The notes under the pieces are model-generated. The model was not told the DNA's origin. It saw only the letters and a program-made list of their open reading frames with translations, and made no database searches. From Neoconidiobolus thromboides FSU 785 (Eukaryota > Fungi > Entomophthoromycota), in contig MU626278.1 of assembly GCA_025603075.1 (NCBI GenBank), forward strand, positions 114,181 through 178,180: a stretch of 64,000 bases of DNA. The letters are read 5' to 3'. The position numbers were made by a program, and so were the translations under genes. Of the stretch, positions 50,179 to 63,905 are shown piece after piece; position 1 is the first letter of the stretch, and each line of letters begins with the position of its first letter.

Positions 50179-53100
50179 TCATCTTCTAACTTTAAATTCT
50201 TTATCATTCCTGTCTTCATCTTCTTGACCTCTCTCCCTTTTAATTTTGTTTGAGAATAATTGGACATAATCAGGTAAAGAATCGGTAACTTTTCTATCTG
50301 ATTGAACTTTTTTTATTTTAGTAATAAAACAGTGATGGCATAATTTATGACATTGATTAGATTGTTCAATAAATGGCGAAAAATCCATGGAACTTAATTG
50401 GTTTAATTCTTCTTTTTGAAATCCGTTTTTAATAATGTACCACCAACATATCGATTCTTGAATTTCACAATTTAAACATGAATAGTTATTAAATAAAGTT
50501 TTCTTATACAATGTTTGAATTATTGAATCGTTGATTTTATTAACTTCATTATCCTTGTTCTTTTGTTCTACTCTTGGATTTTCAAACTTACTTTTCAATG
50601 TTTTTGCAAGATAGGTTCTCCCTTCAGAATCCAGTTGTTTTAAATGAATTAAATTGGAATCTAATAATTCTACCTTATGTTTTTTACATACAATAGTAGT
50701 TGAATAATCTTCGTTTTTATTTTCGACTTTTTCAAACCCAACAAATAAATTTTCTTTTTTTGCACAATATGTATGATAACAATCTTTGCAATGTTTGCAT
50801 TGAATTATAATACCCAATTTGCTATCACATATATTACATACTGAATTGTTATCTGTTTGTTTCACTAATTGGCTTAGACCAATAATTTTATTTTCATTAT
50901 TTATGAACAACTCATCTAATAATCCAAAGCAGCTTAAATGAATCCAATTACCCATAGAAGTTGCTTTTAAATCATATTTATCTTCTTTCTTTTGATAGCA
51001 TATTTTGCATATCGGATATTTTGAATAAATTTGTTCTTCTAAATTATTACAATAATCACATAACCATGGAATTGTACTATCTTTTATTTGAAGCTGATTA
51101 CTGCTATAACAATAAGAATGTACTTTTAACTGACATTGGTTACAGATTAATTTCATATCTTTATTATTTATATCTCCAAAACAAGCGTTACATTCTACAA
51201 TCTCATGATCCATATTGTTATTATTAACTTCCGTTGATTGTTGTTGAATTATATCTTTAGAACTACTCTGAACCAAAGGATCATGAAAATTATTTTCATT
51301 TTGATTAATAACTTCATTTCGATGTTCTTGTTTTAAACTACTAAAATTTCTCAATAATACGGATTTCGTTTCTAAATCTTTAACTGATAATTCTCCTTGA
51401 TCAACATTAATTTCTTCACTTGTTTCTGATTTTAAAGCATCTTCCTTATTAAATTTATTATCTTCATTATTAAATTTATTATCTTCATTATTAAATTTAT
51501 TATCTTCATTATTTCCTTTATTTTCTTCTACTTTTATATTTTCAACTATTTTACTACTTCTTTTTGCTTTAGGTTTTGTATTACTTTTACTTCCTTTTTC
51601 GTTCTTAACTGATACAGATTGCGAACGAACTGACACTTGATCTAAAGATTCAGGCGGTAGTGAATTTTCATTAGATCCTTTACTACCGCCCTTTTTATTT
51701 GTCTTAAGTTTGATTGAAGCTGATGTACCTTTAGGAGTTGAACTTGATTTTTGAGTTAATGATTTATTCAATTTCTTTGCACCTTTTTTCTCTATAAAAA
51801 ATAAAAAATATCAACACCCAACTCATAATAAATTCAAAAACCTACTTACTATTCCCTAATCGATCATTATTTTGAGGAGGTACACCATAACGATATAAGT
51901 ATTGAGCACAATTGGTACAAAAATATGATAATTCTTTATTTTGTTTCGAAACATATTTAGGTACCTTTTCCCATTTACTTTGATCCGTTATTTCACAATT
52001 AGGACATATTTTTATAGTCGCTGTTACTTTACGTCGCTGACGGCCATCTTCTTCAATTTCTTCTTCATCACTCGTATCTCCATCTGGGATGTATTCTAAA
52101 TCATCTGGAAAAATTAAATTCATTAATTTTTTCCTTCGGGGTTTAAATTTAGTTCCTAATCTTGCTCTTTCTCTTTCTACATCCGCTTTCCAAATATAAA
52201 AGCGTTCTAATGCTCCTTTATCTGTCATTGATGGAAACTAAATAAATCATAATTTACAAATTTAATTTTACATAATTAATAATAAATTAAGACTTACTTC
52301 AGCAGCAATTTTATCAAAATCTGGATGATATTTTAATAAAGCATTTTCAAATTGTTTTTCAGGTGCCAAATGAGCCTGATAATTATAATCTAGTGGAGAT
52401 AATAATTTTAATTCTTTAATAACTTTTTCCTCATTAAAATTAGTTTTATAAATTAAATAATATAATTTATCATTAAATTGATTAGAATGAGTGGGTATTG
52501 GCCAATTCATTGATTTGACTTTTTTAACTATTCTTTTTGTTAGTAATCGTTTCCTTAATGTGTTTGCAGTAAATAATATCGTTTGGTTTTTGCTGATAGG
52601 AAATAATTCTTTATCTAATTCTATTATTTATATTTATATTAGTAAATATAGTAACAGTTCATACATGAATTATTACCTTCATCAAACTTAGGATCATCTA
52701 GTTTTTTTAACTCTTCTTCTTCTAGTTTTCCTTTTTCTTTAACTTGTTCATTAGTTAAAAAATAACGATATTCTTTATCCTCTTCTTTTTTGGTTTCATA
52801 ATCATTATATCCTTTTTTGGGTATTGTTCTATCTGGTCCTTGATATTCTGGTATTTCAATTTGATGTGCTTTACCTACTGGTACTGGTGATGTATAATAA
52901 ATATTACGACTTAGTTCTATAATTTTATAATATAAAACAAATCAATATTTATTGATTAAAATGTCATAAAAATTTACCTGATCCATCCTCAATAGTAGTG
53001 TATTTACCATAGTAACGAATAGGCTGTAAATCCGTACATCTAAGTTCAACTTGAGTAAATATTTCATTTGGATCTATAGAAAATTTCCATAAAAATTAAC

Positions 53101-53975
53101 AATTAACTCTTATAAAAATTAGCTACTTACCAGCTAAAGCACCTTGAAGTTCGGAGCCTTTACCTTTAGGGGAAGGGGGTAGTTCGGCTTGTTTTAATTT
53201 AGGTATAGTTTGACTAGGATCATTGAAATCGACGTTTGCTTTAGCTAAACAAGTGGAACATTGGAATAAAAAGCCTTTTGAAAATTTTCTAGTAACTTTA
53301 GGAACTGCACATTCTGGATGAAACGCTTTATCACAAAACATACAACGTAAAGAGGTATTACTATGTAAAATAAATAAATTGATATCAATATTATTATATA
53401 AATTTAGCTAACCTTGGTGCCCATTTTTGACAGTTATCGCAGCTTCTTATAGCTTCTTGTAATTTTTTAACTTCACTTTTTTCAGCAAATATAAAAGTAA
53501 ACATTTGTTTTAATTTCTCTAGAATATTTTCGGGTAAATTAGTGATCATCTCAGTAGGTAAAACCTCCAACAAAATGGATCTAAACCTTTCATAAAATTG
53601 GGAAAAATAAAAATGATTTTCCAACTGTTTATAACTATTAATATCGCTAATATAACTGACATGAGTGACCACACATTTACCAATGATATGCGAGATATGT
53701 ATGACTTCGGTTGAATAGGTCATAAATAATAAATTAGGGTCATCTTTTGAGTTCCATTCACATCCCGTGTTAAATTTTCGATAAAAATGACATACTTCGA
53801 GATTAACATCTTTTTTACTTTTGGAGGGAAAGATATGTGTGATTCGAACTACTTGATAGAATTCACCTGGTTTAATAGCGGCTAAATATACACAGTCATT
53901 TACCTTGACGACGGAGCCATCTTTTAATGTAATTGATGGGGGGACTACTAATTCACTATTGGCAAGAGTACTCAT
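50179..53975 (-). CDS. SNT2: Snt2-like chromatin protein/E3 ligase (BAH, PHD, ELM2-SANT, GATA-like, PHD, extended PHD), multi-exon
   Basis: BAH (VKVNDCVYL...CHFYR), PHD (CMFCDKAFHPECAVP...FQCSTC), ELM2 (IPVGKAHQIEIP), SANT, CPNC..CTNC, and PHD/ePHD in ORF 50179-51771. Confidence 0.85.
51446..51508. repeat. Three perfect 21-bp tandem repeats inside SNT2 (encode EDNKFNN-type units)
   Basis: (TTATTAAATTTATTATCTTCA)x3. Confidence 0.9.
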
Positions 53976-54321
53976 CTTTTGACGAAGGAAATTATGAGTA
54001 ATATACTAAAGATTAAAAAATTAGAAATTAAAAAATTGATTTTGTAAGTTTTATTGTTATGTATTTTTTTGGTTCTTAAAAATGAATGGTTTTTAGCTTG
54101 TGCAAATTTAAACTATTAATTTAAATATTTATAAAAAATTTAGAATGAGTAATTAAGAATATGAAGTTTATTAGACCTTATATATAATTTAAAATAATCC
54201 ATTTTATTCACAGTATATTTCATAAGGTATATTATCTTAATATCTAAATATTTCTATTGCTACTAATTATTTTTATTAGCCAACCCAATTTAATATCAAA
54301 GTTAGACTTATGTAATCCACT

Positions 54322-54427
54322 ATATGGGGATGTTTTTTTTGACTTCATTACTTTTTCATCTTTTAAGCACTATTTGAGTAGAAAAGTTGTTAGTAAAATT
54401 CTTAAACACAAAAATACATCACCATAT
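54322..54427 (+). mobile_element. MITE family copy 12
   Basis: ATAT-GGGGATGT...ACATCACC-ATAT. Confidence 0.9.
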
Positions 54428-54607
54428 AACCAATATAAATCACTTTTATTCTATTTGTTATTTATTGAATAATATATTATTATTACCTACAGACAAATGC
54501 CTATCGTCCATATATCTTAGTTTGATTTATAAGGCCATTACTTGTTTTTATGTTTAATGGACAAATTTTGTTTACAATATTATATGAAATAGTGATTAAT
54601 TATAAAT

Positions 54608-54710
54608 ATACAGGGATGTATTTTTGTATAAGAATTTTACCAACAAATTTTCCACTCAAATAGCGCTTAAAAAATGGAAAAAATAATGAAGTCAAAAAAC
54701 ACTCCCATAC
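54608..54710 (-). mobile_element. MITE family copy 13
   Basis: CAGGGATGT...TTTTCCACTCAAATAGCGCTTAA...ACACTCCCATA. Confidence 0.9.
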
Positions 54711-56192
54711 GTACTAAGAAATAATCAAAATAAAAAATGGTGGTAAAATACATTAGAATTTGTTAAAGAAATTGATTACCAGGACTCAATTATTGAATTT
54801 GATAATATACAAGCCCTTTAGGAGAATAACTATGTCACTTTTGTTCAAGTTGATGTGGATACGATCAATGGTTTAGGACACATATAATCAACATTAGAAG
54901 CAAACAACAACCCAAATTAATTGTAATCTAAATAATTTTTAAAATTCTTGAAAGAGCTCGATGCATAAGTGTCTAATTAATAAACGAAGAAAAATTTAAA
55001 GAACAAACGAAAGAGATTATAAAACTTTGACCTTACATCCACTTCTATTATCTGTTAGACAACTTTGGACAAGTTTTGACTCATTTCTACATACTATTCT
55101 CCACTTTACATGTATGAACTCTAGAGTAGGGCATAAAGGCTTTTTAGCAGAAGGTATCCTGTGTGGACTTTGTAGATAGTCTGAAATTAAGTAAGTGTTA
55201 AATTACATCTTTTTTACATAAAAGCTTAATTTATAAAGATAGTATCTTTGAGATATTTAAAAACTAATTAGTCAAATCAACTACTTAATTCTATTTTTTA
55301 TTTTTACTTTTATGTATTATAATATAAGTAATATTCAATAAACAATAATTATTATAACTATATGGTAGATTTAACGTCTGCTTGAAAATGAATTCACAAA
55401 AAATTATTTATTATGTATAATATCAGATTCATTAACCTTATTTTAAACTCATCTGATTGTTAAGTTGACATATAACACCAAACCATTTCATAAATAAATA
55501 GTCATATAACACAAGTGTTATTATAATGGATTGAAAATATTTATTCTCATCAGTCAATCGATTAGCAAATAAAAGTATAATATTTTATCAAAAGCTGTTT
55601 CATAGTGTTTATTAAATTAAATTATCAGGTTTGAAATAATCAAAAAAGGGATGTCATTGCCAGTAACAGGAGTAGTTGAACCAAATGAATCTCCAGTAAC
55701 AGAAGCGTTTTAATGTTAGTTTTAATGTTGTTTTTAATACAATAAAATCTTGTAATATATAAATTTTATTTAAAATTTTTAAAATATAATAGTTGGATAT
55801 CAATGGCCTGTAATCACTATTTTACTATTTTACTATATGTATTTGTGTTTTTCCCATTATTAACATTTTCATTAATATTTAAGTATATATACAAAATTAT
55901 GAGATATTCAATATCTTGCCATTATTATTGTGGTTATTATTGCCATTATTGTTATTTATTTGTAGATATTATGATAATATATATTTTCCTATCTATTGTC
56001 TAATATACAAAATCGAAAATTAATTAAACCTATAAATTAGAGCAATCAAGCTTAAAGCTTAAACTTGATTAGTCAAAACTGGGAACATAAAAGTTTGGCG
56101 TAAATTAGGCTGTATTGTAAAAGGATTAAGAAACTGCTTGATTTAAGGTCTCTTCTACGCGTTCACTTTAGAACTCCTAACCTCCATTTAAT

Positions 56193-57213
56193 ATGAAGGT
56201 AATTTTACCATAGTCAATAAAGAAATTAAAACAGAGATAACGATATCAAAATGGATGCATCCATCAAATTATCAGCTATAAAATAGACCTTTAAAACTTT
56301 AATTTTAATATAAATATTGGTCAATAAACGAATTATCGAAATTACACAACAATAAATTTATAAACAAGATGTCTGAAACTTTTTATTACAGTTGAACATT
56401 GCCAACCCAGCCACTGGCTGCCAAAAACTTATTGATATTGATGATGAGCGTAAAGTGTAAGTATTTTGTTTTTCTATTTTACTATATAAACTATGAAACA
56501 TTCTCCTAATCTGAGTGCTAAAAGATATATATAGTCGTGTCTTCTATGAAAAACGTATGTCTGCTGAAGTTGCTGGTGACACCATTGGAGATGAATTCAA
56601 AGGTTACGTTTTCCGTATCACCGGTGGTAACGATAAACAAGGTTTCCCAATGAAACAAGGTATCCTTGTTCCAGGTCGTGTACGTCTCCTTTTATCTAAA
56701 GGACACTCTTGCTACCGCCCACGTCGTACTGGTGAACGTAAACGTAAGTCAGTACGTGGTTGCATTGTAGGTTCCGATTTATCTGTCATTTCCCTTGTTA
56801 TTGTTAAACAAGGTGAATCTGATATTCCCGGACTTACCGATACCATTCAACCAAAACGTCTTGGTCCAAAACGTGCCAACAACATTCGTAAACTTTTCAA
56901 TCTTACTAAAGAAGATGATGTACGTAAATTTGTTGTCCGTCGTGAAATTCAACCAAAAGATGAATCCAAAAAACCATACACCAAGGCTCCAAAGATCCAA
57001 CGTTTAGTAACTCCAATCCGTATCCAACGTAAGAAAGCTCTCATCAAAAAGAAGAATGAACGTATTGCTAAGTCTAAGGAAGAAGCTGCTGACTATGCTA
57101 AACTTCTTGCTCAACGTACCAAAGAGTATCGTGAAAAGAAAGAAGAACTCAAGAAACGTAGAGCTTCCTCCAGAGGTTCTAAAGTTTCTAAGGTCTCTGA
57201 AGTTAAGGCCTAA
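56193..57213 (+). CDS. RPS6: 40S ribosomal protein S6 (eS6), 3 exons
   Basis: ATGAAG at 56193, introns 56199-56391 and 56457-56532. [15 protein letters not shown]...[13 protein letters not shown]...[11 protein letters not shown]; C-terminal RRASS phosphosite. Confidence 0.98.
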
Positions 57214-58224
57214 ATTAGGACAAAATAAATAAGTTAATTGAAAAGATAGAGGTAAATTTAATATCGCTAAAACCTGACTGTTTCGAGATTGTTTTTGTTT
57301 TCTTTATTTTTTTTAACTAATTTAGATTATTTTATTTTATTAACTTTTTAGATAATAATGAGGGCAATAAAAATAATATTGTGGATAAAAATGGCATTTT
57401 ATAAGCTTGTCAAATAAGAGCAAAGGAGTTAAGAAATAATTAAGGAAAAAGACATATAAATAGTATCAAATGTAAAGAAAGTGTAGCGACAGCTTTAAAG
57501 AATTAGATATGGATTTGTCTACGATTAGCTATCAATATATCGACATGGCTTATAGAAATGCATTATTTTAAAATACCAGATATAACAGACTATATGCTTT
57601 TAAGTTGATAGAGTATTTCATAATCAGGCAAAAAGATTGAATTATAGTTACATATAGAAAGATTCGTTGTTAAATAAGTTAGTAGTTTAAGTTATTTTCT
57701 AACCATAAATTCTTTGATTTATAATAATAATTGGATTTAAAATATATATTTGTAAAGTTCATTAATTTGTTGGTTTGTTATTATGTGTTTACTTTGGTGC
57801 TTACTCAATTAGTTCATGAAAATTACTAAAGTTTGATTTTAGTATATCATAATAAATAAAAAATATAAAAATATAAAAAATATCATTTCATTTTTAAATT
57901 TGTTATTCGACTATGTTCAAAGATAGTTTATTAAATTATTATACCTTTTATTTGATTTTATTCTAATATATAGCGGTTTTATTTAAATATTAATATTAGT
58001 CCTTAATGCTTACATTAAATAATATATGGTATCAATTAATTATAATATAAATTGATAGAATATGGTCTATACTGAGATTTAATATTAACTGAAATTATAG
58101 TAAGCTGAATATTAAATTAATGACTGTAAATTGGTTCTAATTGGACAGCTAATAAAACCATTGTTGAATAGCAAAATGATGAGTAATGTTTTAAAGCATT
58201 GTTTTTTTATAAACGTAGTTTTCA

Positions 58225-59204
58225 ATGGAACTAATAAGCCAAGGAGCAGAAGCTGTAAGGACTTGTAACAGTATTAATAAAATTTTGAAAAGTGTGGAAT
58301 CAATCATAACCAAAAGATTTATTAATATGAAAGATTTGCAAAAAAGGATTAAAATTTATTTTGTTTAGAGAGTATATAAAATCGATTACTTGGGAGTACC
58401 AGCAATTTTAAAGCAAAGATTCAAAAAAACTTATCGACTTCCAGAGTTAGATGCTAAAATAACTAAAAGTCGAGTACTCCAGGTAAAAAATTTAAGTTAA
58501 AGTTATTTTTTAATTAGTTAAAGGAAGCTCGGTCAATGTATCGCTGTCAAAAAGCAAACATAGCAACGCCAACCATTTACGATGTATGTCCAGAGGACAG
58601 TACATTAACGATGGAATTAATATCTGGATTGAGCATTAAAGAATTAATCTATCGTTATGGAAAAAAGCCAGAGGCAGCCAATTTTTTAAAAAGTAGATAA
58701 TTCATATTTTATTTGATATTTTTAATCCTCGACTTTCTAAGGTGTAATGACTAAGATTGGCAAAGTTTTGTTTTCAATGCATGAAATTAATATTATACAT
58801 GGGGATCTCACTACTTCAAATATTATGTTAAACGTTAACTCAATAGACGCTGATATTGACAAAGAGAGTTATAAAGTTGTTTTGATTGATTTTGGATTAA
58901 GTTATATTGACTCTCATACGGAAGACAAAGCAGTAGATCTATATGTTTTAGAACGTGCATTCCTTTCTACTCACCCAGAATCTACCCATCTAGTAATCTA
59001 TATTTAATACTTTAAATTAATTATTTATGTTTTATAGTTTGAAGATGTATTATCATCTTATATGGGAGATGAAAAGAATGGTAATAAAATTACTAAACCA
59101 ATTTTAAATAGATTAGAAGATGGTAAATATTTTATTTATTTTTTTACATGTAACTTATTTCTTCAGTTCGTTTACGTGGGAGGAAACGCTCGATGATAGG
59201 TTAA
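58225..59204 (+). CDS. BUD32: KEOPS/EKC complex kinase Bud32 (TP53RK), multi-exon
   Basis: [71 protein letters not shown]; ends [12 protein letters not shown]. Confidence 0.95.
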
Positions 59205-59550
59205 ATGCATTTAGTTTATGATGAATTTGGGTATACTTTGATTTTAGAATTCTCTAAATAGAATACATCTTACGTTAATATTTTACTAATATAAACAAAC
59301 CTAAAGGATGTGCTAAACTTCATATTTTGGTATTTATGTTTTATTCTCATTATATATAATAGGTCATTATATAGATTTAAATTTTAATATTAAAGTCATT
59401 TTCGACATTTTCATATAAATTAGTACTTTTATACTAATAACATAACTAGAATTAAATCAATATTTTAAAACTAAAAAATAAACATTTAATATTGTTAGTA
59501 ACTATTATTAATATCTAATATACGTAAGAATATACTGATAAATGGATTTA

Positions 59551-60786
59551 TCATCCAAATACAGAAAAAATGAAGACACCTAAAACTACTATGAATGCAG
59601 ATCCAAATTTGGCAGGAGATAGACATTGATGAGGGTCATGTCCACAATATAAAAATGCAGAACAAACTAAAACACCAACTGTACGTAACGCTTGAATAAT
59701 ACCTGTTGATACCGCACCTGAGCTACTAATTAAAATATAGTATGATGAATTATGTGCTAGAGCAGAAAGGGTGAGGAGAATAAACCCACCAATTCCTTGA
59801 GAAAGAGAAACTGAAGCTTGTTCTTGCTCAAGGATGGTGCCTGTCTGAGAATAAGCGGCAGAAAATAACACAGAAAGTTTCGAGTATCTACTTGGTAAAC
59901 TATAAAACAAATGAAAGAATACACAAACTATAATTCCATAAATGCCAGTCCATTGGCAGACGAGTATTGGAGGTGGAGGGTTAGGTTTACTTAACAATTT
60001 TTCAGTGTAAACATAGCATCCAGCATATAAAAATATACCGGACGTAGTCAATAATATACCGATCATATTTGAATCTACTTCAAATTGGATAGTTGATGTT
60101 ATATGGCTTACAAAAGTATTAAAAGTTAAACCAACAAATATAGCAAGGATACCCCACCACTGCAAAAAATTCAAAGTTCTATTTAAAACAAATCGAGATA
60201 ATAAAGCAATAAATGGGATAAGTAATGCTGAAATAACTTGGTATAAACCAGATCCTATTCTAAACATACCTGCCGTTACTAGCCCATTACCGATTACATC
60301 CACTAAACTTAAAAAAATAAGTTGATTTCGGTGTGGTGTCATATCACTATTAACATCTATTTTTGGCCCAATAGGAATGAAAGCTACTAGAGCCATACCA
60401 AGGTATGATGCAGTGACAGTTATTAAACTCGATTCATCTAAAATTTATAATTAATGCAAAATTAAATTGACATAAAATGTAAAATCATTGAATATTAAAT
60501 TTTGAATTATATCCGTACTATATGAATTACCTGCTACTCCATTATAGAACATGGTCTGGGCTACTAATGTACTAAATACCCCAGTGATTAAAAATAGAAA
60601 TCTTAAAAATAGTAGATAGTTGGAATTTAGAGTTTCTGTTTCTTTATTAGGGATTGGCTCATTTGGATAGATGTTAGGGTGTTCTTTGGTGACTTGAGAT
60701 TGAATATCCTCTTCAAAAAAGGAATCTAAATGCTCTTCATCAAACACTGGTACTAATACTCTTTCTTTTAATGCTATACCTTCCAT
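59551..60786 (-). CDS. Drug/metabolite-transporter superfamily protein (nucleotide-sugar transporter/SLC35F-like), 2 exons
   Basis: About 10 TM segments; IGSGLYQVISALLIPFIALLSRFVLNRTL..QWWGI; SGAVSTGIIQALRTV. Confidence 0.8.
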
Positions 60787-61135
60787 AATAAAAACCCTTT
60801 AGTCTATCCTAATTTGCTTTTTAGAATTATTACTATAGCTTCAATGATTGGTTATTCTTATTTTAAAGTTGGTTTTAAAATTGTTTTTACAGTCACACCT
60901 AATAGTAGCTTTTAAACTTTAAAATAGTAAATAATAAATTTAACTAATAGTTTTTTCGAAGCTTCGAAGATGCTATAGGAGTAAGGATATTAGCTTTATG
61001 TACCAAAGGATGTCCTTTTCATATTATTTTTTAGTAGAGAAAGTCATATAGTAATATTTATTATATAAATGTTCCATTAGTTTCTGCTCATATTAGAACA
61101 CGTTTAGAACAAAAAATAAATTATATTCTTTCAAA

Positions 61136-61240
61136 ATATGGGGATATATCTTTTTGTCCAAGAATTTTACTAACAATCTTTCTGCTCAAATAGCGCTTAA
61201 AAGATGGAAAAATAATGAAACTAAAAAAACAGCCACATAT
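61136..61240 (-). mobile_element. MITE family copy 14
   Basis: ATAT-GGGGATAT...AGCCAC-ATAT. Confidence 0.88.
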
Positions 61241-61696
61241 ATTAGTTTTTATAATTAGCTGTTATATTTAAAAGCCACATGTGATAGGGTTGTAACTTTT
61301 AATAATTTTTTGATTCTACGTCCAGTAGGATAGTATGGTTTATTTAAGAAAGTTTTTTTCAAAGGACTTGAATATTGGTATACAAAATACCTGAAGAAAG
61401 GCTGAAGATTTTTAGAAGATATGAAAACACTTTAACAAACAAGTCAGAATTTACACTACTTTGATAAAGGATGAAGATAGTAATTCTTTGGTGGGCGTTA
61501 ACTTGTTCTATGGCATTACCACTGGGTTGCCTCTCCTCTAGCTTTTATTAATGTATATTTTTTAACATATCTTAATAGCATGAGAAGCTTTACAGCTATA
61601 GTAAAAAATAATTCCACAATAAGAAGTAGCAATATAATTTTTAATACTTATGGTAGATTTTATTTAAAATCAAGGATAGCTTAAATTCTTTAATAT

Positions 61697-61803
61697 ATAC
61701 GGGGATAGTTTTTTTGGTTTCATTACTTTTTCCACCTTTTAAGTGCTATTTGAGCGGAAACATTGTTAGCAAAATTTTTAAACAAGAAAATACATTACCA
61801 TAT
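61697..61803 (+). mobile_element. MITE family copy 15
   Basis: ATAC-GGGGATAG...ACATTACC-ATAT. Confidence 0.88.
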
Positions 61804-61862
61804 TTTATTTCTATTAAGAACAAAACCAATAAGAGGTTTTTAGGTATCTTTTAATTGTCAAT

Positions 61863-61967
61863 ATATGGGGATGTTTTTTAGTTTCATCACTTTTTCCACT
61901 TTTTAAGCGATATTTGAGTGGAGAAATTGTTAGTAAAATTTCAAATATAGAAATATACCTCCTATAT
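61863..61967 (+). mobile_element. MITE family copy 16
   Basis: ATAT-GGGGATGT...ATACCTCCT-ATAT. Confidence 0.88.
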
Positions 61968-63368
61968 ATTGTATTGCTAGTTCTATTAACTCAAGAGCTT
62001 TAAGTATTAGTATTTAAAATATTAATTTTGTTTAAATGTATAGCTTTAAGAATGTTATATATAAGATGTAAATGTTATCAATCCAAATAACAGAACATTA
62101 TCTAAAAAACTAAAATACGAAAATAAATATAACATCGAAAATTTCTACTTTGCATTGTATAAAAATGTAAAGTTAATTTAGATATAGAATTATTAGGCAA
62201 ACTTTACTTTTTTACGCCTTAATGGTAATAGAATGTAATATAAGGTTATCGATAGTTTAAGGCTCTTTACATAGATAGCTGAGCTAGGAGGAACAATTAA
62301 TAACAATAGTGACCAAAATTCATATATACGATTAAAATTACTTTATCAATTTTTGTTGGGCAATTTGTTAAATTTTCTTATTTATCTGTTTTTAAATTTT
62401 ATGAGAAAGCTATATAGTTATCATAAAACATAAATGGGGTTGAGTTATATGTAAATTGATTTTGAAATGTTAGTCCGTTATTTATTAAGCTACTTTATTG
62501 ATATTATATATGTCTAAAAATAGTTTCATTAGGTCAAATTTAGTAAACACTATCAGGCATTGGATTATAGTTCAGATTTATGATTATAAATTATACAATT
62601 TATCAATAGCGTCCCCTTTTAATGTCATTTTGAACATTGGTCATGTCACTTTTTTTAAATAAATAGATAAGTAAGAGAGTTGACCTGTTTAATGCTTAAA
62701 AAATAGACTGGTCCTGTAAAATAAGTAATAAAATACATAGATTATTTACACAGGAGCATTTGCTTTCAAATTTTGCAGCTATTGATAGATTAGGCTAAAA
62801 GCTACAGCAAGATACTAATATTTGCACTAAATAAACTTAAAGCAATTAAAAAAAGTCAATTTAAGGCAATAGCTTTATCTTTAATTGGACTCAAGTATAA
62901 ACACTTAATGTCTTTATAGTTTGCTCACTTACTGGTTTTTCTAAGCCTTTGGTTTGATAATTTAGTTGATTGCTTATAAACTTGAGAAAAATCAAATGAT
63001 GTATCAATACAATTCATTTTATAAAATAAACTGTATAATATATTGCTATTAAAAATAAATTAAAATTAAACCAATGATCAAAAAATATTTTAAAAACAAC
63101 TCTAAATAAAAATAAATCCAAAAATATAAATAATTATTCTATTACATTGAATGATTGATAATTCTCATTTAAATTTATATAATTTATAGATAAAGAATTT
63201 GTAATAAAACTAAATGAGGATAGATAAGGTTTCATCTAATATAGAGCAAACAAAATAGACCGAAAAAATCAAAAGTATATAAAGAAGACAAGACATAATC
63301 AAAATATCATAAAACAATCCCAAACAAACATCTTATCTATTAGCATCTATTTGCAAATTATATTCAAT

Positions 63369-63683
63369 ATGATTACTGATTTTACTGGTCCTATTTCTTA
63401 CTTTGATGCTCATGTTTATTTTAAAAATCAAACTGAAGCATCAAAAGCACAAGTATTGAGAGAAATGTTATTACGAGAGTTTCATAATATCAGAGCTTAT
63501 GATTTGAATAACAATGAGAATGGTGAATTCAAAATACAAATATGTACCAAAAACGAATTTGCAACTTTATTACCTTGGTTAACATTGAATCGCAATGATC
63601 TATCTGTTTATATTGAACCTAAAGCAGAAGATGGAGTTATTAACAAACAAAAATCATCCATTTGGCTCGGTGACAAATTCTAA
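63369..63683 (+). CDS. DOPA 4,5-dioxygenase-family protein, divergent (104 aa)
   Basis: ATG at 63369; YFDAHVYF, A..LRE.LLREF, EFATLLPWLTLNRNDLSV and IWLG match the family skeleton. Confidence 0.75.
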   Translation: MITDFTGPISYFDAHVYFKNQTEASKAQVLREMLLREFHNIRAYDLNNNENGEFKIQICTKNEFATLLPWLTLNRNDLSVYIEPKAEDGVINKQKSSIWLGDKF

Positions 63684-63905
63684 TCCTTTTTTACTATTGT
63701 GCAAATTTTAGTGTTTAATAAATATTATTATAATTTCAGATATTACTGTTTTGTTTATACTATCTATTACCCTGGCTAACAAAATAATTATTTTTTAATT
63801 TTGGTTACAGATATAGTGTTTGTTTTAGTATGACAGATAATTTCAAGATGGAGCTTTTACAATAATATTATATAAATAGAAGTGATGTTATATTAATTAA
63901 ATAAT

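Noticed and set aside
55040-55190. LCGLCR-containing fragment resembling a LINE zf-RVT domain
   Set aside because: Too short and too weak to support a call.
58175-58260. ATGATGA upstream of BUD32 (another occurs at ~59218)
   Set aside because: No CTGA box D and no rRNA-complementary guide nearby.
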